The notes under the pieces were generated by a model. That model was given only the letters and a program-made list of their open reading frames with translations. It ran no database searches and was not told the DNA's origin. Shown here in pieces: positions 1 through 9,692 of a stretch of DNA of 64,000 nt (positions are counted from its first letter, which is position 1; the number at the start of each line of letters is the position of its first letter). Source of the stretch: a virus (lineage: Duplodnaviria; Caudoviricetes); the IMG/VR virus record IMGVR_UViG_2786546892_000017; one strand, 5' to 3'. Position numbers and translations under genes: made by a program.

Positions 1-627
1 TTATGCGAGCCCGAGCCGGCGAGCGGCGTCCCGGGCCCACACGCCGACTTGGACGCCGACCGCGGTGGCCGCCCCGCCGGCGCCGGCCAGGGTGGCGGAC
101 AGTCCGTGCGGGGCGACGTAACTGACGGCGGCCGTGACCGCCCCGATGCCCAGCCCGATCAGGGCGATCCGCCGGACCGGCAAGACGCCGGCCACGGTCC
201 GGGCTGTGGCCGCGGCCCCCGCCACCCGGGCGCGGACGGCGGCAACGGTCGTCACGGTCGCGGACGCCGCGTCGGAGGCGAGCGTGCGGGCCGCGGTGGC
301 CACCTTGGCCGCGGAGCCCCGGGCGGCGGTCGCAAAGCGGGCGAACGTCCCCGGGATCGGCGGCGAGGTCGGGGTGACCTCAGCGGTCGGGGTGGCCGGC
401 ACGGCCGGCATGGCCGGGCCGGCGATCAAGCTGCGCAGGTCGGGGTTGCTCAGGATCTCGACGACGGCATCGCGGACGGCCTGCCGGGCGCCGTCCCGGC
501 AGGCGTCGGCGACCGCCTGGGGCAGGGCGTCAGCCAGGGCGTCGATGATCGTGTCCAGGCGGTCGAGCTGGTCGGCCAGTTGCTTCCGCTGGGGCCGGCC
601 GTTGGTCGAGGGTGCACTCACGCTCAT
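1..627 (-). CDS. Hypothetical protein with N-terminal helical region and C-terminal hydrophobic segments
   Basis: ORF ends at TAA (1-3); GGAG RBS upstream of ATG 627; co-oriented with the operon. Confidence 0.7.
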   Translation of the reverse strand: MSVSAPSTNGRPQRKQLADQLDRLDTIIDALADALPQAVADACRDGARQAVRDAVVEILSNPDLRSLIAGPAMPAVPATPTAEVTPTSPPIPGTFARFATAARGSAAKVATAARTLASDAASATVTTVAAVRARVAGAAATARTVAGVLPVRRIALIGLGIGAVTAAVSYVAPHGLSATLAGAGGAATAVGVQVGVWARDAARRLGLA

Positions 628-789
628 GATCATTCTCCGTGTGAGTAGAGGGTGCCGAGAGTACTCGGTCGGCAAGGTTCGAGTGGTCGTGTGACTGCAC
701 TCCGGACGAAGGCGGACCCCGGCTGTGACCCGCGGGCGAAGCCCCGGGGCTGGGTGCGGGCGTCGGCTTGTCCGGAGTGGGAACCCGAA

Positions 790-1332
790 TTAACCGTCTT
801 CGAGGTGGGCGGCGCCGGCCCCGAGGGCGTCGGTTGCCCCCAGGACGTCGGCGGCCGCGGCCAGGACGGCGACGGCCGTCCGGGCGGCCGGCCCGCCGAC
901 TACCCCGAGCAGCCCGATCCCCAGGCCGAGGCCGGCGGCCGCCAGCAGGGTGCCATGGCGGAGGAACCACCAGCGGGCAACGAACACCCCGGCCGCGACG
1001 GCGGTCGTCAGGCCGCCGCCCCGTGGGTCGGCCGGACGGTCCTCGTTGCGGGTGGCCGACCCGCGGCTCATCCGACCCCGGTCGTCCGCCCACGGGTCGC
1101 GTGAGCGGTCCCAGTCGTCGTCCTCGTCGTCCGCCCACCGGTCCGCCGGGCGACGCCGCGACTCGGAGACCGGCTCGGTGGTGCGGCCGGCGGCGACGGC
1201 CTGGACGACCTGCTGGACGGCCCCGCTGACCGCCCGGGCCAACTCCCCGGCCACGGCCACCCGGACCCGCTCTTTCAAGTCGGCGAGGGTGGCCGCCAAA
1301 CTGGTCAACTGAGAGCGGAGAACCCCAGTCAC
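790..1332 (-). CDS. Hypothetical membrane protein
   Basis: GTG start overlaps upstream TGA (GTGA); hydrophobic C-terminal half. Confidence 0.65.
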   Translation of the reverse strand: MTGVLRSQLTSLAATLADLKERVRVAVAGELARAVSGAVQQVVQAVAAGRTTEPVSESRRRPADRWADDEDDDWDRSRDPWADDRGRMSRGSATRNEDRPADPRGGGLTTAVAAGVFVARWWFLRHGTLLAAAGLGLGIGLLGVVGGPAARTAVAVLAAAADVLGATDALGAGAAHLEDG

Positions 1333-2696
1333 GGCTGGCCCCCCGGTCCGAGGTTGAGTTGCCGGAGCCCGGCCCACACCTGGTTCAGCACCTTCTTCTC
1401 TCGCTTCTGCCCCTTGAGGGCGGCCACCAACCGACCCGCTCGACCGGCCGCCTCGGCCAGGGCCGCACGGAGACCCTCGGCCTCGGCCAGCGGGTCGGCC
1501 GGATCAAGCGGCGGGTTGGGCCGGTTGGCCGGCGGCCCGTTCGTCTCGTGCTTCATATCGCTCCTCCTGGGGCATTCGGTCGGGGTTGAGATGGCAGGGG
1601 CGTCGGCGGGTTCGACCACGTGGGCCGGGTCGAGGGCGACGCCGATCAGGGTCCGGTCCGGCCCCGCGAACGCGACCGGCTTGCCCGGGGTGACGCGGAC
1701 AGTCCCGCACCCGAAGGTGAGGGCGCGGGCCAAAATTCGCCGGTCGATCGCCACCCGAGTGGGCGGGCCAGCCGCGGTCGACCGGGCCAGGCGGACCTGC
1801 TCGACCCGCCCGGTCGCCTCGTCCTTCGCCCGGACCGCGATCCCGCCCCCGGTGTCGAGGGTCACCGATCGGTCGTCGGTCTCGGCCCCCGGGAGCGAGG
1901 CGAGTTGTCCCGCCAGTGCCGCGGCGTCCCCGTCGGCGATTTCGACCGTGGTCGTCGCGGTCTTCGGGACCAGCCCGGCCACGTCCGGGTACCGGCCGGC
2001 GGTGTCGATCGGCAGGAACACCCGCCACGGGCCGGCCGCCACGACCAGCTGGCCGGCCGCCCGGCCGACCCGGACATCCCGCTCGCCGGTCCACTCGCGG
2101 GCCCCGAACACCGGGACGGCCGGGATCAACACGTCGTCGCGGAACGGCAGGGTGAGCCCACCCCATACGAGTGCCGATCGGCCGTCGGTCCCGATCACCT
2201 GCCCGGTCGCACCCCGCACGTGCACCCGGTTCAGGGCGAACCGGGCCGGTTCGGTCGCGGCCGTCCGCCCGCACTCGTGGAGGGCACTCACGAACCCGGC
2301 CGGGACCGGGTGCCAGTCGTCCGGCGGGGTCGGCGGGCGGGGCGACTTGTCGGGCCGAACAGTCTCGAACGAGGTGGTCCGCGGGACGCCCCGGTCGGCT
2401 CACCGGGCGGTGCCCGTGAGCGGAGCATCGACGCCCCACTCGACCGGGTCGTCCCCGCCCCCCTCAATTTCCGCCAGCACGGCCATCGGGACCACCAGCC
2501 GCCGGTCGGGCCCGTCAATCGGGGCGGTGTACGCGAGCCCGGCGTCGGCCGTTTTCGTCCACACGGTCAGGGTGCCGGCCCGCACCTCGAACCCGACCAC
2601 CGGGGCCGGCCCCCGGGGCCGCCCGGCCACACACTTGCGGGCCAGGGCCCGGAACGCCCGGGCCGACCCGCGACTCCACACGATCACGGCGGTCAC
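1329..2696 (-). pseudogene. DNA polymerase sliding-clamp (DnaN-like) protein interrupted by an in-frame TGA at 2400-2402
   Basis: ORFs 2400..2696 and 1329..2291 are in the same frame; RFALNRVHV, GTDGR and GRYPDV resemble DnaN motifs; TAR*ADRG suggests TGG>TGA. Confidence 0.6.
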
Positions 2697-2709
2697 CTCC
2701 GTTCGGGGT

Positions 2710-3045
2710 TCAATCGACCCGCCACCCGTGGTGGACGACCTCCTCGGGCGCGTCGTACACCTCCCGCGGGAGGGCCAGCAGGGCGGCCACGGTCGGCGGC
2801 AGGGCGAACAGGTTGCAGTGGAACACGGTCGCGCGGTACCCGGTCAGCCCGCACGCCCCGAGGGCGTCGAACACGACCCCCAACTCCTCCTCCCGGTCCG
2901 CGGCCCGGCGGATGACCGGGAGGAACGGCCACCCGGGCCACAAGGTCGGGGTCGACACGAACAGCACGTCGCGGGCGGGTATTGGCCCGGCTTCGGGGGG
3001 ACACAGACATGATCGGTCTCGGGGCTGTGGGACACGGGGGGTCAC
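2710..3045 (-). CDS. Hypothetical protein (LWPGWPFLPVIRR motif); start uncertain
   Basis: Either GTG 3045 coupled to the upstream stop, or ATG 3010 with a frameshift in the G6 run at 2995-3000. Confidence 0.55.
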   Translation of the reverse strand: MTPRVPQPRDRSCLCPPEAGPIPARDVLFVSTPTLWPGWPFLPVIRRAADREEELGVVFDALGACGLTGYRATVFHCNLFALPPTVAALLALPREVYDAPEEVVHHGWRVD

Positions 3046-3908
3046 GCGACGACCGCTGTTGCGGCCAGCCGCTCGACCTTCTGCCGCAACGCGTCCCGGG
3101 CGGCCGTCAACTCCCGGTCGAGCTTGGCCTTCTCGTCGCACAGGTACTCGGCGTACGCCTGGATCTTGAATTGCGTCACCCGGATCTTGCTCGCGGCCCG
3201 CTTGAGCGTCTCGTCCCGGGTGTCGTCCCCGAACTGGGCGACCGCCTTGCGGTGGTCGTCGACCAGGGCGGCCAGCCCGGCGGCTACCGACTCCTTGACG
3301 CTCCGGTCCCCCTCGGGCGTCCCGCCCGGGACCGGGAACCGCAGGATCTGGCCGTTGATCCGCCCGAGCATGGCCTGCACCCGGTCGACGAACCCGGCGT
3401 GCCGGTCGGGCACGAAATAGACGCCGCCCTGAGGCCGCACCGGGAACAGGTCGGCGTGCCGGTCGAACAACTTCTGGATGACCCGCGTCACGTCGGCGCC
3501 CGACCGGGCGTCGATCGCGTGGTCGAGGTGCTCCTGGGCCAGGGTCGCCAGCCCGGGCAGGTCACACGTCACTCGGCCGGTCGTCTTGTCGAGGGCGAGC
3601 AGGGTCTCCAGGGTGTACGCGAACCGGTCCCCGTCCCGGCTCTCGTGGGTGAACTGGAACCGGACGGTGGCCGCGTCCTCGGCCACCTGGCGGATGATCC
3701 GCTGGTCGGACAGCTTCTTGCACGCCCGGGTGAACGCGTGCTTGGGGGCGAGTTCGCGGGCCACCCCGTCGTCCAGCCCGGCGTCCCGGAGGGCGGCGAC
3801 CAGGGCCGGGTGGGTGACGGCCACCCCCGAACACGTCCACGCGATCACCTCCCCGAGCAATCGGGCGCCGGCGGCGACCGGGAACGGGGCGGGCGGGTTC
3901 GTCGTCAT
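3042..3908 (-). CDS. DUF6744-like protein associated with AAA/VWA modules
   Basis: 288-aa ORF directly downstream of the VWA gene; family assigned from memory of the LGEVIAW N-terminus. Confidence 0.55.
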   Translation of the reverse strand: MTTNPPAPFPVAAGARLLGEVIAWTCSGVAVTHPALVAALRDAGLDDGVARELAPKHAFTRACKKLSDQRIIRQVAEDAATVRFQFTHESRDGDRFAYTLETLLALDKTTGRVTCDLPGLATLAQEHLDHAIDARSGADVTRVIQKLFDRHADLFPVRPQGGVYFVPDRHAGFVDRVQAMLGRINGQILRFPVPGGTPEGDRSVKESVAAGLAALVDDHRKAVAQFGDDTRDETLKRAASKIRVTQFKIQAYAEYLCDEKAKLDRELTAARDALRQKVERLAATAVVA

Positions 3909-4008
3909 TGCAATTCCTGGGGAACGAGATAGGGGAAAATGGGACGGCCCGGCCGCGGCCCCGCCACGCGGGCGGGTCGCGACCGAGCCGGACGAACGAC
4001 ACGGGCGA

Positions 4009-5394
4009 TCAGAGCGACAGCACCCGGCCGACGGCGGCCGCGTCCGGGGCCAGGGACCGGACCGCGTGGACCTCGTCGCTGATCGCGCCCAGGTCGCCGG
4101 GCGGGTTGTCGACGACCAGGCTGGTGAGGCGGGCCTGGACCGATCGCTTCCACTCCAAAAAACCCTTCTGGATATCCGCCGGCAACCGGCACCTGGCGTC
4201 GGTCACGAACACCAGGTCGGTGACCCCCGGCGGGGCCTTGAGGGCGGCGTACATCCGCGGCATCTCGCGGACCGGGACGTCGATGTCGGACCCACACCAG
4301 ATGAACCCCGCGAGCCAGTCCAGCAACTTCGTCTCGTCCCACCGGCCGGGGGGAAGCGGCAGCAGCCGTTCGCCGGAGTCGCCGCTGTACGCGATCAGCG
4401 CGCACCATCGCCTCTGGTGTCGGGCGATCCAGGCGAGGGCCAGGGCCAGCGCCTTGGCCGTGTGGATTTTCTCCCCGGCCATGCTCCCGGACTCGTCCAG
4501 GGCGACAACGACCGGCCCCTTGCCGGCCGGCTCGACGGCGTGGTGTTCCCGGCAGAGGGCCGCGCGCTCAACGATTCGCCGGAGGGTGTCGAGTTCCAGT
4601 TCGGGGACCACGAGCTTGGCCAACTCGGCGGGCAGCAAGCGGCCGACGTCCCCCCCCGGCTCGACCCCGACCACGTCGTCCAGCCCGTGGGTCACCTTCA
4701 TCCGCTGCTTCGACTGGGCGACCCGCCTGAACCGGCCGGCCAGGTCGCAGATCCGCCGCAGCGCGGGGTCGCCGCGGACCCGTTTGAACAGGGCCGCGAC
4801 GGCCGCGGGGTCGTGGTGGCCGGGCGTCCCCGGCCCCATCCCGAGCCCGGCCGCCGCGTCGTGCAACGCGGCCACCTCCTTGCCGGCCTCGGCCATGGCG
4901 CGGCCGACCGCTAGCAGGGTCGCCATCTCGTCGCCCGGTGTGCCACCCGGCCAAGACGCGGCCTCAGTCGGATCCTCCGGTTTCAGGCTGGCGAACTGTT
5001 CGGCGAAGTGGGTGGCGGCGATCCCCGCGGCGGTGTCATCGAGCCGGGTCGCGACGTGCAGGGCGCGGTACTCGGGCGTCCCCAGCAGGTGGGTCAGGAA
5101 CTGGTGCCGCCGCGAGTCAACACAGCTTTCGGTCAACCGCGGGTCCGGGTCGAACGCCGCCGTGAAGAAGTCGGCGGCGGCGAACACGTCGGTCCCGGCC
5201 CGCTTGAGCCGGTCGCTCTCGGCGAGCAGGTCGCGGCCCCGTCGCAGCCCCCAGGCGTCGACCACCAGGGCAGTCGGGCCGGCGTCGGCGGTGGCGGCGG
5301 CCGCGGGGACCGCTACCACCGCGCCGGAATCCACCGGGCGATCCGGCGGCCGGCCGTCGAGGTCGAGTAGTTTGAGCAACTCCTTCGGGTCCAT
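4009..5394 (-). CDS. VWA-domain protein (ViaA/CoxE-like partner of MoxR ATPase)
   Basis: MIDAS motif DESGSM, later TD motif; GGAGG RBS before ATG 5394. Confidence 0.85.
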   Translation of the reverse strand: MDPKELLKLLDLDGRPPDRPVDSGAVVAVPAAAATADAGPTALVVDAWGLRRGRDLLAESDRLKRAGTDVFAAADFFTAAFDPDPRLTESCVDSRRHQFLTHLLGTPEYRALHVATRLDDTAAGIAATHFAEQFASLKPEDPTEAASWPGGTPGDEMATLLAVGRAMAEAGKEVAALHDAAAGLGMGPGTPGHHDPAAVAALFKRVRGDPALRRICDLAGRFRRVAQSKQRMKVTHGLDDVVGVEPGGDVGRLLPAELAKLVVPELELDTLRRIVERAALCREHHAVEPAGKGPVVVALDESGSMAGEKIHTAKALALALAWIARHQRRWCALIAYSGDSGERLLPLPPGRWDETKLLDWLAGFIWCGSDIDVPVREMPRMYAALKAPPGVTDLVFVTDARCRLPADIQKGFLEWKRSVQARLTSLVVDNPPGDLGAISDEVHAVRSLAPDAAAVGRVLSL

Positions 5395-5669
5395 ACCTCC
5401 TCCGTCGAGGTTCGGGTGGTGTTCGGTTACGAGACGTTTTGGAACAGAAGGCGGACGATGGCGGCGAACAGGATCCGGTCGGGGCCGGATGCCCGAGCCG
5501 ACGAACGCGACGAGCAGGGGCGGTGCAGTTGATGCCCAGCCCGTCGGCCACGACGAGCGGCCAGTCGGGGTGGGGTCGCTTGGGTGCACGAACTCCTTTC
5601 AGGTGGGGAATCGAACACGGCGTGGTCCCCTCCACGGGTCACCACGCTGGTTACGGTCGGGGTGTCCGC

Positions 5670-6799
5670 TCAGACGGCCTCGATGCTGGCGAGCTTGAGC
5701 TTCTTGAGCTGCTCCTTCACGTACCCGCGGGCCTTGTCGACCCGCCCGTTGCCCTTCAGGCCCGCCAGTTGCCGGTCGATCTCGGCCAGCTTGGCGGCGG
5801 CCTTGGCCGCGTCGGCCAGGTCGCGGACGTCGGCCGCGGCCAGCACCTGCTCGACTTCGAGCAGCAGTTGGGTGACCCGCATGCCGGTCGGGTTGGCGAC
5901 CCGGGCGATCACCCGGGCGGCCGCCTGCGGCTGCTCGCCCGGGTCGTCCCACAGGCAGTGCTGGGCGACCTCCAGGTGCTCGGGCCGGACCTCGTCGGCC
6001 CCGGTCAGGTAGGCGAACGCCTGGACCACCCCGACGTCTTGAACTGCCGCCGGTCGCCCGGCTGGACGCCCTCCTTCGCGAGTTCCTTGAGAACGATTTC
6101 GAGGGCATCTTTCGCGTCGTCCGCCCACGGCAAAGTGAGGGCCCAGAGCCGCGCCTGCCCGACCTCGGCCGGGGTGATCGTGGTCGACAACCGGGGCGCG
6201 TGGTCGCGGGTCCAGAGGAGCTTCTGGCGGCCGGCCTGGGACCGGATCGGGGCGACCGTTTTCCGGAGCAGGAAGCGGTCGGCGATGGCCGCGAGTTCCT
6301 TCCCGGTGTCGGGCGACGCCCACTCGTTGCTCGCGGCCAGGCACAGCTTCAAGGGCACCGGGCGGGCGACCCCGTCGCCGGCGTCGTACACCCGCTCGTT
6401 CAGCATCCGGAGCAGGGTGTTCAGGATCGCCGACGACGCCTTGAACACCTCGTCCAGGTACGCGAACTCGGCCTCCGGCAGCTTGCCCGACGTGATTCGC
6501 AGGTACTTGTCCTCCTTCAAGGCGGCCAGGCTGACCGGCCCCATCACCTCCTCCACGGTGGTGAATTTTGTGAGCAGAATGGAGAACTTGGTCCCGCCCG
6601 TCCAGGACAGCACGGAATCGAGGAGCAGGCTCTTGCCGCACCCCGGCGGGCCGACCAGCAGCACGTGCTCGTTGGCGACCAGGGCGGTGAGGACGAGGTC
6701 GATCTCGTCCTCGCGTTCGATGAGCGCGGACGACAATTCCAGGCGGGCCTGGGCGAACTTATCGCGGACGGGGTCGATGTCGGGCCGAAGCAGTTTCAT
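5670..6799 (-). pseudogene. MoxR/RavA-family AAA+ ATPase with a 1-bp frameshift near 6035
   Basis: Walker A GPPGCGKS, Walker B YLDEVFK, ASNE and DRF motifs; C-terminus continues in the 5670..6641 frame (VGVVQAFAYL). Confidence 0.85.
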
Positions 6800-7011
6800 G
6801 CAGAGATCCTCGGGTGACAGGATGAGGGCCGGACGGGGCGTCCGGCGACGAATGCGGGTGGGAAACGACGCGACCGCCCCGGGATTCGTCCGGGGCGGTC
6901 GCGCCAGCTTCGAAATCCGGCGATCCGACGAGACGAGGATCAGGCGCAGGACCAGGCATCCCGGGGCACGCCGGGCGATCGGCTCGTGGGCCGGTGGTGG
7001 CGGGCCGCCGG

Positions 7012-8004
7012 TCAACCCGGCCGGTTCTCCGGACCGGGCGGGCTAACCGGCCGGACCGCTCGCCGGGCCCACGCCGCAAACCCGGCCGCGACCGCGACCG
7101 CGGCGGCCACGAGGGCTTTCAGCCCCGCCGACTTCCCGGCCCAGGCGATCACCCCCTTGATCGCCAACGGCACCCACCCCAGGTTGCGCAGCCGGGGCGG
7201 ACCGGCGGGGGGAGTGGCCCCACCCGCCGGCGGGGGCGGGAGCGTCGCGGCCACCGACGCCGGGGGGTCGATGACCCGCCCGTCGAACGTCCGGAAGACC
7301 ATGTCGTCGATCGCCCACCCGTCCCGGTCGACCAACTGGAAATACCCGTCGACGGCCACCCTCCGCCCGACGTCCGGGTCGTGATACCGCCCGTGGAACT
7401 CGACCCAGTGGCCGCCGACGGCCGCCGGGGCCGGCCCGTCCCGGGTGACCTCGAACTCGGCCGCCGGATCCCCCGTCGGGTCGGCGAACAGGCCCCGGAC
7501 GAACGGGGCGAACCGCGGGGTCGTGCACCGGCACGCCTCGTCGGCCGTGTCCGCCCGGTTGAACCGGTCGAACACCTCCCGCGGGGTCGGCCGGCGGACG
7601 ACCTCGTACCCGAGGTAGCCGACCCCGATCAGCCCAAGGGCGAACAAGACGCGGACGACGACCGGGGTCCGGGCGGTGGCCGGGGCCGGGCCAGTCGGGG
7701 TTGCACCCCCTTGCGGTAGGACCGTTGCCACGGGACGGGCAACCGGGAGGGCCGGTTGCCCCATGAGCCGGGACGGTCGGGGGTCCGGTGGGGGCGGGGG
7801 AACCGGGGCGGCCGGGGCGACCCCCAGGACGGCCCCGACCGGGCTCCACGCCGTCCCCCGACCGGGCACGCCGGGGTGTCGGGGTGGACAGTCCCGGCCG
7901 CCACCCAGGCGGCCACATGGGCGACCGGGTACGGGCCGGTCGGGACCGGGCCGGTCAGCAGCCAGAGCCCCGGGCCGGACTCGTTCGACGGGGTCATGGT
8001 CATC
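7012..8004 (-). pseudogene. Membrane protein with N-terminal GYF_2-like domain, frameshifted in a G run near 7857
   Basis: TGPYPVAHV..GTVHPDT in one frame joins TAWSPV and the TM segments in another. Confidence 0.5.
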
Positions 8005-8261
8005 TCCGAGAGGGATCGAGCGATGGACCGGGTGACCGCTCCCTTCGGGGCGGCCGGCGCCGGCCGGTGAGACCGGCCGCGGATCTCTCCGGGGTCCGGC
8101 GGCCGTCTGAGTTCGAGACGATGGTTCGGGATCGCAAGCCGGCCGGGCACACACCCGCGCCGGCCGGGGCGTCAAGCGGCCCCGGTCGGAACGGGAACGG
8201 GGTTCCCGGCGAGCGGACATTCGGCGACCGCAAGCCGCCGTTGTGCGAATGGCACGCAGGC

Positions 8262-8290
8262 ATTGTCATTTGACACGCAACTAGTGTCAA
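8262..8290 (-). promoter_or_regulatory. Leftward sigma70-like promoter overlapping palindromic operator TTGACAC-N7-GTGTCAA
   Basis: Palindrome 8270-8290; minus strand TTGACA-N17-GACAAT; divergent from the XRE gene. Confidence 0.6.
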
Positions 8291-8317
8291 GCGGGCCGCA
8301 GCGTATGTTCGCCCGGA

Positions 8318-8620
8318 ATGGCCACCAAAGCCCAGCACGGGGACGATTACGCCCGCCTGCCGGGGTTCCTCCGGGACCTCCGGGAGGCGGCCGGGCTGAC
8401 CCAGCGGGATCTCGGGCGGGCCGTCGGCCGCCCCCAGAGCTGGGTGTATAACTGCGAGACCGGGAACCGACGGGTGGACGTGACCGAGTTCGCCGCCTGG
8501 GCAACCGCGTGCGGGGCCGACCCGCGGGTCGCGTTCGCCCGGTTCCTGGACGCCGGAACCCGCCGGCCGGCCCGGCCGTCGCCGGACACCGCCCCGGGCA
8601 GCGGACCCGATCCAGGCTAA
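8318..8620 (+). CDS. XRE-family helix-turn-helix regulator
   Basis: LREAAGLTQRDLG...QSWVYNCETGNRRVDV. Confidence 0.9.
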   Translation: MATKAQHGDDYARLPGFLRDLREAAGLTQRDLGRAVGRPQSWVYNCETGNRRVDVTEFAAWATACGADPRVAFARFLDAGTRRPARPSPDTAPGSGPDPG

Positions 8621-8662
8621 CTCACGGGCCATCATGAGTTATGCCCGAAAAGCCGCGAGAAT

Positions 8663-9459
8663 TTAGGCGCCCGAGGGGGTTCCACGCGCGGGGCTCGCGG
8701 GACGGCCGCCCAGGGCCTCCCGCACGAGATCGCGGATGTCGTCCAGGAACCCCTGCCCGAGCATCCAGTCGAGATACCCCGGGTCGGTGCGGGCGACAGC
8801 GGCCAGCGGCCGACCGGCGTGCTTGCCGAACGCGAACGTCACCCGCCCGGCCGCGTCCCGCCGGAACCGCCGGGCGACGTCGACCTCGACCAGGGTCGCG
8901 TGCAGGGCGGCCGGGTCCGGCGGCAGCCCGTACGCCCCGACCTGGACGTCCAGGACGGCGGCCGCCGCCCGCACGTCGGCGGCCGCCGCGTGGGCCCGCG
9001 GGTGGGCGCGCCCGAGGTAGAACTTGACCGCCGCGGTCAAATCCCGGGGTTCCATCCGGTGGTACACGGTCAGGGCGTCAAGGACGGCCCGCCCGCCGAC
9101 CCGGAACGAGACCCCGGCCCGGGCGAACTCGGCGGCCAGGACGGGCAGGTCGAACCCGGCGATCCGAACCCGGCCAGGTCGGCGTCAACCAGGAAGGCGG
9201 CCAGGCTCCGGGCGATCGCCCGGAACGGCGGGGCGGCGGCCACGGCCGCGTCGGTGATCCCGTGGACGGCCGTCGCGGCCGGCGGAATCGGCACCCCGGG
9301 GCGGACCCGCTGGTGGCACAACTGGGACCGCCCGTCCGGGGCGATCTTGAGAACGGCGAACTCGACGATCCGGTCCCGGGCCGGGTCGACCCCGGTCGTC
9401 TCCAGGTCGAGCACTGCGAGCGGGCGGGCAAGGGTCAGGTGCGAGAACGGGAAATGCAA
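8663..9459 (-). pseudogene. DEDDh 3'-5' exonuclease (DnaQ-like) with a 1-bp frameshift near 9165
   Basis: ExoI VLDLETTG, VHGIT; continues as FDLPVL..AHAAAADV and FGKHAG in the second frame. Confidence 0.85.
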
Positions 9460-9692
9460 TCGGATACTCCTGAAAGCCGTCCGGCGCGCACCCCTCCGAC
9501 GGTGCGGACGAGTGACGAACGATGCCGGATTTCGGTGTGCGAGGCGGGCGGGTGACGAAATTCACTCCGCTCCATTTCCCAGCATGGGAATGAGGGGCGC
9601 GGGGCGACGCAGTCCGCCGTCCCCGTTCGAACGGTATTCTTTCTGGGATCATGTCCCCGAACTCGCGGATCAGGGTGGTGTCGACACCCGTC

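Noticed and set aside
2400-2402. In-frame TGA as selenocysteine or genetic-code reassignment
   Set aside because: Neighbouring genes use TGA as a normal coupled stop; the context suggests a Trp nonsense mutation
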